A stretch of DNA of 64,000 nucleotides, from NCBI GenBank assembly GCA_951406725.2, contig OX597815.1, positions 73,532,001-73,596,000 on the forward strand. The letters are read 5' to 3'. The notes under the pieces are model-generated. The model was not told where the DNA came from. It did no database searches and was given only the letters and a program-made list of their open reading frames with translations. The translations under genes were made by a program, and so were the position numbers. Source of the stretch: Octopus vulgaris (taxonomy: Eukaryota). Shown piece after piece: positions 1 to 14,689 of the stretch. Every line of letters starts with the position of its first letter. Within the stretch, counting starts at the first letter, position 1.

Positions 1-666
1 CCACTCAGCTGGCAAAAAATGAGTAATCCTGTGACAGACTGGCGTCCTGTCCAGTTGGGAATACATATTCCATAGAAACCAAGAAACTGGCCTTATGAGT
101 CTATATGACTCAGAAAGGAGCTTTATCCTTTTAACTATGTATGTGTATGCATACATACACACCCTGACTTTAAGTAAAAGAAAATACAGGAGTTAGTTAA
201 TTATGAATTTTACCCAACATATTCCCCTCTCAGATTCATACACTTATTGTAGCAGCCCTTCAGTTTTTCTAAGCCTTGTAAAAGAGCTCAGAAGGTTGGG
301 CCTCCAACTGGGCCTTTTGCTATACCCTCAAAGCCAGGAACTTTGCCGCACTTCCTCGTATACACACACACACACACACACACCATGTAAAGTGTAACAA
401 TTATTTCTTTTACATACACATGAATTTGCAGGATACCTGGCATCTGGCTGTAGAAAATCTACCCTAACAAATTCCATCTGACATATGCAAGCAAGGGAGA
501 AGTGAACATTAAATGATAATGATGATGGCGACAATGATGATGATGTTGTAAGTTGGTTTATGTGGGGGTGATTTTTGCTGACTTGCTTATTTCAATCTAA
601 TTATTGGATCATAATAAACTTGATTGGTTCGCTGAGATATAAACAATGTAATTTTCAATTTTATAC

Positions 667-763
667 CTGTATTTGAGACATAGCTGCAGCTTGATGAGTG
701 TTCAGCTAAAGGTGGAGGGGCAAAGCTGCCAACAGATATCGACTCAGCAGATGAAGATATTAC
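667..763 (-). CDS. Probable downstream exon of the same gene (VISSSAESISVGSFAPPPLAEHSSSCSYVSNT + 1 nt)
   Basis: Acceptor atttgttttgcag|, donor CAG|GTATAA; 97 nt; only phase 0 is open. No recognisable homology, and it requires an unidentified phase-2-to-0 exon between 24381 and 764. Confidence 0.5.
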
Positions 764-825
764 CTGCAAAACAAATATGTCATAAAATGCTTTCAGTAGT
801 AATAATAATAATAATAATAATAATA

Positions 826-1661
826 GTGCACGCACGACAGAGTGTAAGCACCCTGAGAGAAATGCTGGACATAAGAAGCATCAGATGTGGTGTGCAAGAG
901 CGACGCTTGCGATGGTATGGTCATGTACTGCGGATGGATGAGGAGAGATGTGTGAAGAAGTGCCACTCCCAAACAGTTGAAGGTATCAGGGGGAGAGGTA
1001 AACCCAGGAAGACATGGGATGAGGTAGTCAAGCATGACCTCAGAGCGTTGGGCCTCACTGAGGCAATGGCAAAGGACCGAGATCTCTGGAGATATGCTGT
1101 GACTGCAAAGATCCGGGCTGCTTCCTGCACCAGTTCCGCATAGCCTCTGCCCATTCAAAGTACCCTGGATTCCAGAATGTCCCGCTGTGCTTGAGGAGAC
1201 CTGTTGAGTCAAGTACATGAACATGAACATCGAAATAAATATCAATAGAAATAGTAGTTGTGATACCTGTGCCGGTGGCACATAAAAAGCACCATCCGAA
1301 CGTGGCCGTTGCCAGTGCCGCCTCGACTGGCTTCTGTGCCGGTAGCACATAAAAAGCACCATCCGAATGTGGACATTGCCAGCGCCGCCTTGGCTGGCTT
1401 CCGTGCCGGTGGCACATTAAAAGCTCCAACCGATCGTGGCCGATGCCGGACCCCCCTGGCACCTGTGCCGGTGGCACGTAAAAAGCACCCACCACACTCG
1501 CGGAGTGGTTGGCGTTAGGAAGGGCATCCAGCTGTAGAAACTCTGCCAGATCAGACTGGAGCCTGGTGCAGCCCTGGCTTCCCAGACCCCGGTCGAACTG
1601 TCCAACCCGTGCTAGCGCAGAAAACAGACGTTAAACGATGATGATGATGATGATGATGATG

Positions 1662-1665
<4 letters not shown>
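826..1665 (+). mobile_element. RTE-clade LINE 3' fragment (C-terminal ORF end, 3' UTR and (GAT)n tail)
   Basis: RRLRWYGHVLRM...VEG.RGRGKPRKTW...D...LGL.....DRDLWR is typical of RTE C-termini; the 3' UTR has ~60-bp subrepeats and ends in (GAT)n. Confidence 0.9.
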
Positions 1666-1711
<46 letters not shown>

Positions 1712-1712
<1 letters not shown>

Positions 1713-2268
1713 CCCTGATGTAGTACTAGGCAGTGGCTCTCATGGCTTCTGATCTTAACAGATTGGAAGTGTTATTATGTACATTGTTTTGTCTTGGTAT
1801 AAAAGATGGGCTGTAACAAATATTCTGCTCAATACCACAGATTTGCTTGTCAGTTGTTTGACCTTAACCAGTTGAGCACGTCTTTCAGTGGCAAACGATA
1901 TGTGTATCTCTGATCACGAGCAGAAGTAGTGAGGGAGCATTATAGCCATGTGTTGAGGGGGATTCTTTGGGGTTTGAATAATTCATCTCAGGAAATATGG
2001 GTATTTTGTTCAACATCCTTAAACAACCCTTATTCAGGGACCTTTTGAGCGGGATGGGTTACTCGACCAGAAGAAAATTCTAACTGGGCCCCACCTGCAA
2101 GGTCATATGCTGTTTATCTTGATATGAGATCACCATGTCGCACACATATGGCTCTGATGCATGTGCCTGGTGTACCCTTATCAGATGGATAATCATGATG
2201 GGTATAAAGGGTTTCGTATATTTTACCCATGTCACTTTGATGGCATGCACTGCTGTCTCAATCAATCA
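1712..2268. mobile_element. ~560-bp dispersed repeat inserted in (AAT)n
   Basis: Flanked by (AAT)n on both sides; an inverted partial copy lies at ~6560-6720; no ORF. Confidence 0.6.
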
Positions 2269-2269
2269 A

Positions 2270-2317
<48 letters not shown>

Positions 2318-2803
2318 TCTTTCTTATTTCTGGTACAAAGTCAGCCATTTTAAAGTGAGGGGTGGGGTGGGGTAAGTAGATCAGTGAAGGCATGTGGCCT
2401 AGTGGTTAGGGTGTTATGCTCACAATTACAAACATCATGATTTCAGTTCCTGAACCAGGCGATGCATTGTGTTCTTGAGCACAAAACTTCATTTCACATT
2501 GCTGCATTCCACTCAGCTGTAAATATAAGTAATCCTGCAATGGACCGGTAACCTATTCAGGACCAATGTTGTCATCTCAGTCATGGAAAACCAGGTAACT
2601 GGCCCTATGAATCCTACAACTAACTGGTACTTCATTGGTCACAACAACAAGGGTTCCGGTTGATTTGATCAACAGAATGGCCAGCTAATTAAATTAACAT
2701 GTAAGTGGCTGAGTACTCCACAGACAGGCATACTCTTAATGTAATTCCCAGGAAGATTCAACGTGACACAGAATGTAACAAGGCTGGCCATTTGAAATAC
2801 ATT

Positions 2804-3194
2804 GTGGAGGCGCAATGGCCCAGTGGTTAGGGTAGCGGACTCGCGGTCTAAGGATCGCAGTTTCGATTCCCAGACCAGGCGTCGTGAGTGTTTATTGAGT
2901 GAAAACACCTAAAGCTCTATGAGGCTCCAGCAGGAGGTGGTGGTGAACCCTGCTGTACCCTTTTACCACAACTTTCTATCAGTCTTTCTTCCTGTTTCTG
3001 TTGTACCTGTATTTCAAAGGGCCAGCCTTCTCACACCCTGTGTCATGCTGAATCTCCCTGAGAACTACGTTAAGGGTACACATGTCTGTGGTGTGCTCAG
3101 CTACTTGCATGTTAATTTCATGAACAGGCTGTTCTGTTGATCAGATCAATTGGAACACTCGTTGTCGTAACTGACGGAGTTCCAACAACACAAC
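2804..3194 (+). mobile_element. tRNA-derived SINE (family A)
   Basis: A-box TGGCCCAGTGG, B-box GTTTCGATTCCC, (CAA)n tail; an inverted tail copy at ~2650-2800; a related head at 32255-32564 (-). Confidence 0.8.
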
Positions 3195-3514
3195 TGAGTA
3201 GACAGGAGCACCATAAAATAAAGTGTCTTGTTCAAGGATACAATGCGCTGCTGGGTATTGAACTGATGGTCATATGCTCTTGAGCTGAATACCCTAACCA
3301 CTTAACCATGTGCCTTCACCCTATGAGTCTTAGGACTCATAACAATAATACTCTGGGATTAATGACAATGATGATGTAAGTCAATTATGTCAACCCCAGT
3401 GCTCAACTGGTACTTATTTTATTGATCCCCAAAACAATGAAAGGCAAAATCAACATCAGTGGAATTAGAACACAGAATGTAAAAACCTACAAGAAATTCT
3501 GCTTTACATTTTCT

Positions 3515-4338
3515 TCTGCTGGGTGTGTAAAAGAAATGAAGCTAGTATGCTCTGCTGGATGTGTAATGTCAGTGTACATGCACAACAGAGTGTAAGCATC
3601 CTGAAAGAAAAGTTGGACATGAGAAGCATTGGATGTGGTGTGCAAGAGAGACGGATGCACTGGTATGGTCATATGATGCATCATATGACCATACCAGTGC
3701 AGCCATCTTCTTCTGTGTGAAGAAGTGTTGCACTGTAATGGTGGAGGGAAGTTGCAGAAGACATGGGATGAGGTGGTGAAGCACGATCTTTGAATATTGG
3801 GCCTCACAGAAGTAATGACAAGCGACTGAGACCTTTGAAGATATACTGTGCCTGAGAAGACCTGTCAAGCCAAGTGAGATTGTAGTCGTGGCCAATGCCA
3901 GTATTGAGGAACTGGGTGATATGCTGTGCTTATGAAGACCTATCAGACTGAGTGAAATTGTAGTCATGGCTGATGCCAGTGCTGTCTGGCCGACACCTGT
4001 GCTGGTGGCACACAAGAAGCACCATTCAAGCGTTGGGACTCATGGAGGCAGTGACAGCTGACCAAGACCCTTGGTGATTTATTGTGCTTGTGTTGATCTC
4101 CCAAGCCAAGTGAGACTGTAGTAGTGGCTGATGCCAGTGTCAGGTCAATGGCATCTGTGCCAGAGGTAGATAAAAAGCATCAACTACACTCTCAGAATGG
4201 TTGGCATTAGGAAGGGCATCCAGCTGTAGAAACCTTGCCAAATCAGACTGGAACCTTGTGCAGCCTCTTGGCTTATCAGTTTTCAGTCACTGTCCAACCC
4301 ATGCAAGCATGGAAAGCGGATGTATGATGATGATGATG
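3515..4338 (+). mobile_element. Older, degraded RTE LINE 3' fragment
   Basis: RNEASMLCWMCNVS...ERRMHWYGHMM plus the same 3' end and (GAT)n tail. Confidence 0.8.
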
Positions 4339-5929
4339 TGGGAATGTTTTTGCCAGCTTGCTGCCTTCTTCTAATGGCTAAAAATGTTGACACTAGACCA
4401 GGAGCTTTAGAGGAAAGGGGTCAGTTTATTACATTAACTCCAGTGCTCAACTGGTACTTATTTTATTGACCCTGAAAAGGTGACAAGCAAAATTTACTTT
4501 GGCAGAATTTGAACTCAGAACTTAATGAGTCAGAAGAAATACTGCAAAGTATTTTTTTCCAATGCTCTAACAATTCTGCCAGCTTACCATCTTAAAGCTT
4601 TCAATAATGGTTTCAAGATTTGGCACAAGGCCTGAAATTTGTGGGGAGTGGGTAAGTCAATTACAATTATAAACCCGAAAAGATGAAAGGCAAAGTCAAC
4701 CTCTGCAGAATTAGAACTCAGAATGTACGGATGGATGAAATGCCACTAAGCATTTTGCCCAGAGTCCTAATGATTCTGCCAGCTCGCTGCCTTAAAGCTT
4801 TCAATAATAATACTGAAAATTAGTTGATAAAATAACAGAGGTATAGTAAGAGGTGGTGGCAAGAGGGAGTAGCAGTTGCCTCTGGTGGATGCAGTTCTTA
4901 AAGTGTGGGTGCCCAAAGCGTTTCTGCCCCACTGAGTACTGAGATTCCTTGCTACACTACTACAAAACATCAAATATTCACATTATTTATCTATTAATAT
5001 TCTTATGGCTTAAGGTGGCAAGCTGGCAGAATTGTTAGAACACTGGGCAAAATACTTAGCAGCATATTATTTGTCCTTATGTTCTGAGTTCAAATTTCAC
5101 TGATCCTTTCGGGATCAATAAAATAAGTACCAGTTGAGCAATGAGGTCGATGTAATCGACTAAACCCCTCCAACAAAATTGCTGGCCTTGTGCCAAAAGT
5201 TGAAATCAATATTTTTATAGTTTATTTTAAAAGGAAAAACTTGTTTTTAATGAACTGGAACCTTCACCTCACCACCACCACCAGAAGTGAGTGAGGACAG
5301 AAGATTGGAAAGGGTAGAATGAGTAGAGATAGTAAATAAGGGTGCATATGAGAGAGTAAGTTAACCCCAGTGGAATTTGAACTCAGAATGTGAAGAGCTG
5401 GAATAAATACTGCAAGTTAGTTCATCTGTTGCTCTAATAATTTTGCCAATCTACTGCAGAAACAACAACAATATCAACAATTTCTGGAATGGGAAAGGCC
5501 AAAAAATTGAGGGTCTAGAGTCAAGTAGATCAACCCCCATTATTCTTTTGCAACTACTTTTTTTTATTGACCCAGGAAAGGTGACCAGTAAAGATGACCT
5601 GTGCACACTTTGAACTGTGTTGAGTGGAAACTCTCTACAGGGCAATTAGACAGCAGAAGAAATCTTTAAAGGAAGAACTCCCATCAAACAACTGTTTTGG
5701 CCCATTAGTTCCAGACACTCTTAAAGGCACAGGGCCCACCTAGGTAGTGGCTCCTAGGTGTCGTCCTACTGTTATTTAAATGACACCTTCAGTGGGAATT
5801 GAACTTAGAGCCTTTAGGTGAGCTTATTGCTTGGCCACATAGTTTACTGTGTGAGCTTACAATGTTTCAAACTAGGTTACCTTCCTCCAGTGTCCAATGG
5901 CTTGCTGTATGTATTCCTCTTCAGTTCCA

Positions 5930-6075
5930 ACATTATTTCCTTTTCACCCATAACCACATTGAGCTCATCTCAGCTGTCTCTGAAAAGCATTTCTTTGTTG
6001 CTATTCTTTTGCAACCCTTGATTCCGAGCTGGCCTAGTTGTCGACAGATGGATGCTACATAGCTAAGCACTCAAA
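5930..6075 (-). pseudogene. C-terminal fragment of an RLE-type (Hero/NeSL-like) non-LTR retrotransposon
   Basis: Translates VASICRQLGQLGIKGCKRIATKKCFSETAEMSSMWLWVKRK*, matching the LGI.G..R......AE..S.WLW.KR terminus recalled for Hero-like elements. Confidence 0.55.
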
Positions 6076-6084
6076 GGCATTTAA

Positions 6085-6304
6085 CCCTTTAGCATTTAAA
6101 CTGGCCATATTCAGCCAAAATATTTTATTTGTTTTATATTCAAACTGGCCACAGCCAGCTTCTCCCATCTACCCCACAATGTCATCCTAAAAATGAACAA
6201 TCACATCATTGAAATCTCAAAGCTACAAGATAATGCTTGATTAATTCAAAACAATGTGAATAAATAAGCATTACACTTGACAAACTAAGCTGAATGCTAA
6301 AGGG
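6085..6304. mobile_element. piggyBac-type MITE
   Basis: TTAA|CCCTTTAGCATT...AATGCTAAAGGG|TTAA: 12-bp TIR with TTAA target-site duplication. Confidence 0.9.
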
Positions 6305-7782
6305 TTAATCTTAATGAAATGGGTATGGATGTGCACTGAAATTAAATCACATCTGTATAAGTTTCATTTTTAACCATCTAGGATTAATTACTTCCATAAT
6401 TAGGAGATCTTAATTTTGCATCATTTATCTTTTACTTGTTTCAACCAATGGATTGCAGACATGCTGGAGCACTGCCTTGAAGGGGTCATTCAAACAAATT
6501 AACTATAGTAATGAAAAATGGCTAATATTTCCTTCAGACTTTGCTTTTGTTACATTTATCCAAACCCCAAAGAATCCTTCTCAACATAAGGTTATGATGC
6601 TCCCCTACTACTCCTGTTCACGATCAGAGATGTACATATCGTCAGCCACTAAGAGACATGCTCAAGTGGTTACCATCAAGCAACTGACAAGCAAATCTGC
6701 AGTATTGAGCAGAATATTTACTATAATGATATTTCTGTTTCAGCAACTCATTTCAGAATTTGTCTGAAATGTCATGGAAAATAGGTCAGTTTCAAAACAT
6801 TGATGTCCAGGTCACAGAAGCAAAGTTTGAAGGGAATTGTAGTCATTTCCTTTGATTTCTAGATAGAAGCAAATAGGAAATAACACCTACTGACCAAAAA
6901 CAAAAGAATACGAAATTTTGTTACACAATATAATGGGTTTCCACACAGTTTCTATCTACCAAATCCTCCCACAAGGCATCAGTCAGCCTCAGACTAAGGT
7001 AGAAGGCACTTGGCCAAGGTGCCATGCAGTGGAACCAAATCCAAAACTACATGGAAAGCTTCTTAATCACACAGCCATGTCTGCATCTATAACAATTTTT
7101 AATGAGGAAGATAAATTTATTTAGATCTCATATTTTCTTCTTAAACTGAGATCCACCAGCTACAAACTTTTATCTTGCTGAAATATGCAGAAATAAACCA
7201 CAACTTTTACCAATAGTAATTCACAGACAGACGGATAGATTGTCTGATTAGTTCCACAAATTGCTGGCATATTTCAAGACGATAAGACATTTATTAACAT
7301 GCATATTATTTCCTTTGTTTTTTTTTGTTTTTGAAATAAATTGCATAATATTGTGTCAATATAATTAAAAACTAATGAATTCTAGTATTTCCGTTTTAAA
7401 ACTAATGAAACATTTTACATTTGAATATATTTTAATAGTCAAAGAGTGTAATACAGACAGATGTCTTGAATAGTATATATAAGAAACTACTGTAAGAGAA
7501 AGAGAAAGGGAGAAAGTGTGTTTTGTGTGTGTGCGTGCATGCATATGTGTGCATGCATGTGTGTGTGCGTGCATGCATAAATCTCAATAATAAGTTAGGT
7601 TTCCAGCAATCAGTTTAATGTTGGTAGTAAAATGAAGCTTCATATTTTCCCAAGTGTCTTCAGTCCTATTGAGTGGAGTCTTGGGCAAGTGTCTTCTACT
7701 ATAGCCCCAGACTGACCAAAGCTTTGTGAGTGAATTTGGTAGGTGGAAGCCCATGATGTGTGTATGTAAATATATATATATT

Positions 7783-8189
7783 TGGAGTAGCTGTGTGGTA
7801 AGTAGCTTGCTGACCAACCACATGGTTCCAGGTTCAGTCCCACTGCGTGGCATCTTGGGCAAGTGTCTTCTGCTATAGCCCCGGGCCGACCAATGTCTTG
7901 TGAGTGGATTTGGTAGACGGAAACTGAAAGAAGCCTGTCATATATATGTATATATATATAAGTGTGTGTGTATATGTTTGTATGTCTGTGTTTGTTGCCC
8001 TAGCATTGCTTGACAACCGGTGCTGGTGTGTTTACGTCCCCGTCACTTAGCGGTTCGGCAAAAGAAACCGATAGAATAAGTACTGGGCTTACAAAGAATA
8101 AGTCCCGGGGTCGATTTGCTCGACTAAAGGTGGTGCTCCAGCATGGCCGCAGTCAAATGACTGAAACAAGTAAAAGAGTAAAGAGTAAA
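7783..8189 (+). mobile_element. tRNA-derived SINE (family B, internal TA/TG microsatellite); representative of many copies in the window
   Basis: Head ggagtagctgtgtggtaag...ggttcagtccc (A/B-box-like), tail actgaaacaagtaaaagag. Other copies near 8770, 15445, 17790 (-), 34870, 36800, 47480, 54390 (-) and 59910. Confidence 0.8.
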
Positions 8190-8967
8190 AGAGAGATATA
8201 CACACACACAAACACACACACATATATAATGGACGCTTTCTTTGTTTGATGTGTGAGAGTCAAAGAATTTTAGTTTCTTTCTTTGCCCCACATTTTGGCA
8301 CATGTCTTCTGTGAGACACTAGACCTAGTTTGTTTTTGCATCCTTCACACACAAAACATTGAAATAGAAGCTGCATTCTTTTGATGTTGCTTAAGATCAC
8401 CTAAGATACTCAATGTTTGTGTTGCCATGGCTCCTAATGCCATTTTCACATATTTTCCTTCACTTATTATAGTTAGCAGCTGATTCCTCAAATTATATAT
8501 ATACCTGCTCCATCTCCTAAATTTGGAATTTTATTCACATACACAGCAACCCCAGTTGTTAACCATGAACTATAAAATAACTTTTTTCAACATATTAAAC
8601 TTCAATATGGGAAAAATCTACATCAATAAACCACTGTTCCTGAAAGTTGTTTTTTATACCTTCTACAGACTGCTTGAAGCTTACTAACTTCCTACACCTT
8701 GATCCTTGGATATTACCTTTACATATGACTATATAATATATATATATATACAGAGAGAGAGGGGGAGAGAGGTGCAGTTGTGACTACGTGGTAGAAAAGT
8801 TTGCTTCCCAACTACATGGTTCCATGTTAAGTCCCACTGTGTTCAGCTTGGGCAAGTGCTTTCTACAATATCTTCATGCTGGCCAAAGCCTTGAGAGTGG
8901 ATTTGGTAAATGGAAACTGAAAGATGCCTGTCATATATATATGTATGTATGCATGTTTATATATATC

Positions 8968-8999
<32 letters not shown>

Positions 9000-9221
9000 G
9001 GAGAGTTTGTGTAACTGTTTGTCTTTCACCACCGCCTGACAAGCAGTGTTGGTGTGTTTATGTCCCTGTAACCTAGCAGTTTGAAAACAAGAAGCCAAAA
9101 GAATAAGTACTAGGCTCTAAAAAAAATACTGAGGTTGATTCATTAAAACTTCTTCAAGACCATGCCCCAGCATGGCTGTAGTCCAATGAGTGAAACATGT
9201 AAAAGCTAAGAGATACAGATG

Positions 9222-9282
<61 letters not shown>

Positions 9283-12210
9283 GTGTCTTTGTGCCTGTAT
9301 TTGTCACCCCAACACCACTTGACAACCAGTGTTGGTTTGTTTAAGTCCACATAACTTAGTTATTTTGCAAGAGAGACTAATAGAATACGTATGAGGCTTA
9401 AAAAAAACAACATAAATATGGGTATGCAAGTGATTTGTTTGACTAAAACCATTCAATGTGGTGGCCCAGAATGGCTGTAGTCCAATGAGTGAAACATGTA
9501 AAAGTTAAGAGATAACAAAGTGAAGTGCAATATTAGAGAACAAAAGCAAAAAGTTGACACTAAGTATTGTTTGTAAGGCATGCCAGAGCTTTAGTAGTTT
9601 CAATATTTAAGTGTTGTAACTTATTTCAGTACATGTAGTAAAACAATAATTTGGGTTTCAAATTTTAGTACAAAGCCAGCAATTTTGGTGGGTGGAGTGT
9701 AAGTTGATTACATCAACCACCAGTGTTCAACTGGTACTTAATTTATTGACTCCGAAGGATGAAAGGCAAAGTTGACTTTGGCAGAATTTGAACTCAGAAC
9801 GTGAAGATGGACGAAATACCACTAAGTATTTTGTAAGGCATGCCAACAATTCTACCAGCTCTCCATGTTAGCACAACAGTAATATTGGTTTCAAATTTTG
9901 GCACAAGGTCAGGAAATTCAAGGGGAGAGCGTAAGATGATTACATCAACCCCAGTTCAACTAGTATCTATTTTATCGACCCTGAAAGGATGAAAAGTAAG
10001 GACGAGTTTAAATTCTGACCTAGGTGGAATTTGAACTCAAAACAAAGACAAATGAAATGCCACTAAGCATTTAGCAAAGCATGCTAATGATTCCATCAGC
10101 TTGCCACCTTAGAAGTACAACAGTAATATTACAATTGGCACAAGGTCAGGAAGTTCAAGGGTGGGTGCTGGTTGATTATGCCGACCCCAGTACTCAACTG
10201 GTATCTATTTTATCGACCCTGAAAGGATGAAAGCAAAGTCGACTTGAGCAGAATTTGAACTCAGAATGTGAAGATAGACAAAATGCTGCTAAGCGTTTAG
10301 CAAAGCATGCTAATGATTCCATCAGCTTGCCACCTTAGAAGTACAACAGTAATATGACAAACATAAAAACAACATCTGAACAATCAGCAATATGCTCAGT
10401 GAGATGACCAGGCTGGGCAAGTAAACAAACAAAAACAACATTATCAGCAATTTCAGGGGCAGGGGCAAGTCAAATACATCAACCCAGAGTTCAACTGGTA
10501 GTTATTTTACTGACTCCGAAAAGATGACTTCAGTGGGATCTGAACTCAATATAAAGCATTTTGCCTAGCTTGCTAATGATTCTGCCAGTTTGCCGCATTA
10601 CAAAACAACATTGTATTGGCATTTTGTTTAGAATGGAGATGATGATGATAACATTTTGTATTATCATCATCATTTAAATGTACACTTTTCCATGCTTGCA
10701 TGGGTCAGATGGAATTCATTAAGGTGGGTTATTTTTACAGCCGGATGCCCTTCCAGTTACCAGCCCTCACCTGTTTCCAAGCAAAATATTTTTGCCATGG
10801 TCAAATATGTTTCCACAGAAGACTGGAAATGAGGGACACTGTTTGTGTTATGGTGGCACTCACAGCTACATGCAGTGTTAAAGCAAGGAGACAGTAACAC
10901 ACACACACAACAGGCTTTGGTCTGTCCAGAACTAAGAGGATGAACTTGAAACCATGTAGTTAGGAAGCAAACTTTTTACCACAGCCACACCTGTGCCTTT
11001 CTATGGGAGTTTTAAAAAATTGGGGTTTAAAAACACATAACAAAAAATTCAGTAATTAATGTTGGCTGGAACAAGAAAAAAAATGTTTTCCCATTCACCA
11101 GGATATATAAAATGTGAATGAATAAAATGCATCATGATGTTACCATTAAAGAAATGGTTATGCTCCGTAGGTAGAAAAGGAGTAGGTAAAAACGCCATAC
11201 AATATACTTGGTTCAAACAATGGATACATATACAGTTTAGTGACACCATAAGCAAGCTAAGAAATAAGTTTGACTTAATCAGTGGCTGGTGTTCAGGAGC
11301 AAGAAGGACTAATAGCACATGGAAAATAGATTCTCTCAAAATACCCTGTCAGCTTTCTAGAAGTAGTTGGAAGCTGTAGGGTTGGGTTCTCTGAGAAAAT
11401 AATATTAATGTTAGTTCTGGTGACCCTTAATGTTATTCTAAGGTGGTAAACTGGCAGGATCATTAGCATGCCAGGCAAAATTCTAGGTAGTATTTCATCC
11501 ATCTGTGTACATTCTGAGTTCAAATTCTGCTAAGGTCGATTTTGCCTTTCTTCCTTTTGGGGTTGATAAAATAAGTACCAGTTATGCATCAACCCCAGTG
11601 CAAACTTGCTGGCCTTATACAAAACTTTGAAATACTATTCTTTTTAAAGAACCTATATTTATAAGCTGTAGGAAAGAGCTTACTTATCAGCGACATGAAA
11701 TAAGAAATCCAAAGAAAGTCTGGGACAGTGCTGCCATGAAGAAGCCAAACATCCTGGACTGAATCCAGAGAAGGGCTACTTTGATTGGTATTCATACACA
11801 CACACACACACACACACACATGCACACATGCACACAATCCTCAGCCTCTGGTTCACAAGTGTGCTCCTCTCTCTGTCTTTTCTATCACTACTGTAATGGC
11901 CTCTGTTCCTCAAAACTAGCTAATCTTTGTACATCCACCAACATATTCATTTAACTCATAGTAGTAGGAAAAATCAGACGTTAAAACGAAAATGAAATAA
12001 CTATATATGTCTAGATCTCACCCACCCTCTCTCTCTCTATATATATATATATAAATATATATAAAAATACATATATATAAATATAAATATGTATATAAAA
12101 ATATATATATAAATATATAAATATAAATATATATATATATAATATATATAAATATATAAATATAAATTTATATAAAAATATATATATAAATATAAATTTA
12201 TATTAAAAAA

Positions 12211-12243
<33 letters not shown>

Positions 12244-12316
12244 AATATATAATATATATAAATATATATAAATATAAAGTTATATAAAATATATATGTAC
12301 ATAAATATATATATAA

Positions 12317-12385
<69 letters not shown>

Positions 12386-13347
12386 TAGGTAGAGAGATAG
12401 ATAGATACATACACACACACACACACACATATTAATTCTATCCTAACTACAATCATATAACCAACAAAACTAATTTTTCAATATTTCTATTTTGTAGTTT
12501 TTTTTAATAAATCTCAATTTTCATCTTATACACACATATATACACACTCACTCACACACACAGACACACACACACACACACACACAAATTAAAATTAAGT
12601 TTGCACCTTTCTTACTAAGAAAACTAGAAAGTTTTAATAATATAATTTTTTTCCCCCCATTTTATTTCATTTTATTTTATTTTTTTAATTTGTCCAGAAG
12701 CCATCAGATTTACTGTCACTAGCAGACATGATCTTTTTAATAAAAGTAATATTGGAAAACATAATCAAGTGTAAAAATTTATGTCTCCTTAGAGCTTACT
12801 AAAGAAATAAGAGATATTAATTTCTCTTTAAAGCTATATACTGCTAGCTCTTCAACACTAACTGAATTGAGAATGACATCTTGAAATAATGCTACAAAAT
12901 AAGTACAGTAGAGAATCATGGGATATATCTTACAAATAGCTCTAATTAATTGGATTTGTATCTTCTTTATTATTACTATTTTTTTCTTTTTAAATTGATT
13001 CTAACTCTAATTTTTGCAATGTTCGAATATAACTATGTTTGTGCAATGAAGGAGGGAAAAAATAGGAAAAAAAAACCCCAAAACAAAACAGAGGATAGAA
13101 ACTCTCTCCGCTCACCCCACTTCCAACAACCAAATACAAATAATAAAATATTTCTGTTGACGTAGATCGTAATTTAGTGATACAATATTAAACTGCTCAG
13201 CAGTAAAAGGGTTTTGCATGGATGAGAGGACTTCAGTATTATGAAATAAAATGAACAACTTGATAATAAACACAAATAAATATGTGTGTGAGTGTGTGTA
13301 TGTGTGTATAGATATATACACACACATGTATATGTGTACATACATAG

Positions 13348-13394
<47 letters not shown>

Positions 13395-13483
13395 GTAAGA
13401 TATTTCTGGTCGTCCCCAAAACATTCAGATGATAGAAATAAATAAAAACAATTTTGGATCACAAAATTATATATATATATATG

Positions 13484-13546
<63 letters not shown>

Positions 13547-14438
13547 ATAAAAAAATTAGTCATTCGAAATTACATTCTTGTTGCATTCTTTCTAAACAAT
13601 TGAAGACTAAAAAATTCAATGAACCCAGAATTTCCAGTCAATTTTTTCCACAAATGTGATATATAAAAATACTTAGCTAAGTTAGGGTATCAGCGACAAC
13701 AAAAGGTGAGTGGCAAATAATGAATAATTGAGAATGAGGAAGCAAAAAAAAAAAGAGAGAAAAACCATTGCCAAAAAAAAAAAGGTAAAGGAAAATGAAA
13801 TTAAAAAATAGGGGGGAAAAAAGCAAAAATTGTTATGCTTTCAGCTTGTAACAACTTGTGGTTATAATTTCCCTGGAGAATGTTCCAAAATCTGACAAGT
13901 CGGAGTAGCAGTAACACAGCAATAATTCTAGAGAGATAGCATCATGATTGTAAGCATTCTTAGCTATTATTGCATTGGTTTAGAAAGATAAAAACTTGAG
14001 CAAAAATTTGATTAACAAGGTTTCTTGGGTACGTTGTATATGAACATGTATAGTAAGTATGCATATGTTTGTGTATGCACGCGCGTGTGCGCACGTGCAC
14101 GCATATGTGCTTACAAGTTTCTCGGAAAATAATCTAAGCTGTCACCACTGTTACTTTTGCTAAATATCACAACCATTACTACAGCAAATGTAATGGCTGT
14201 TTTTCTTGTTCTTAATATTGTTGATATTTTTGCATTTTCTGATTATTTCTGTAACTTTGGAAGTATGATATTTTCAGAAATAGTTTTACTGAAGTTACTA
14301 TGCAATAAAGCTGAATAGAAATATATAACTGTTAATGGATTTCCTCATGTTAAAAACTTTACTTGTTACGTTGTTCAAAATTGGTAACAACAAACGCAAC
14401 AGAGAAAAGTGATGGTCCCAAAATATGATGCTTCAGAG

Positions 14439-14637
14439 CAGTTTTTTTCAACCATTTTTTGCCCTTGGATCCCTATGATTCCTATTTTACTTGGATGGAC
14501 TCACCTAGCCATTTTATGTTTAAAAAAAATCTTATATTTTTATAATTAAGTATTATCAGGAACTTTATCGAAAGAAATTGTTAAAATATTTTGTGTATTG
14601 TTGACTGGGCCATATGGATCCCAGTTGAGAACTACTG
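14439..14637. mobile_element. hAT (Charlie/MER5-like) MITE
   Basis: TIRs CAGTTTTTTTCAAC / GTTGAGAACTACTG; 8-bp TSD cttcagag/ctttagag. Related copies at 56276-56533 and a partial one at ~24030-24143. Confidence 0.8.
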
Positions 14638-14689
14638 CTTTAGAGAGAAATTAACATAGATGACCGCAGCCATGTCCCATGCCAGTGTT

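Noticed and set aside
2804-2880. tRNA gene
   Set aside because: A/B boxes are present, but it continues into a SINE body and tail and recurs elsewhere; no clean acceptor stem.
12198-12430. ORFs rich in YI/CV/HT dipeptides (also at 13112-13462, 42733-43111, 44546-44849, 62154-62423)
   Set aside because: Translations of (TA)n/(CA)n microsatellites; not genes.
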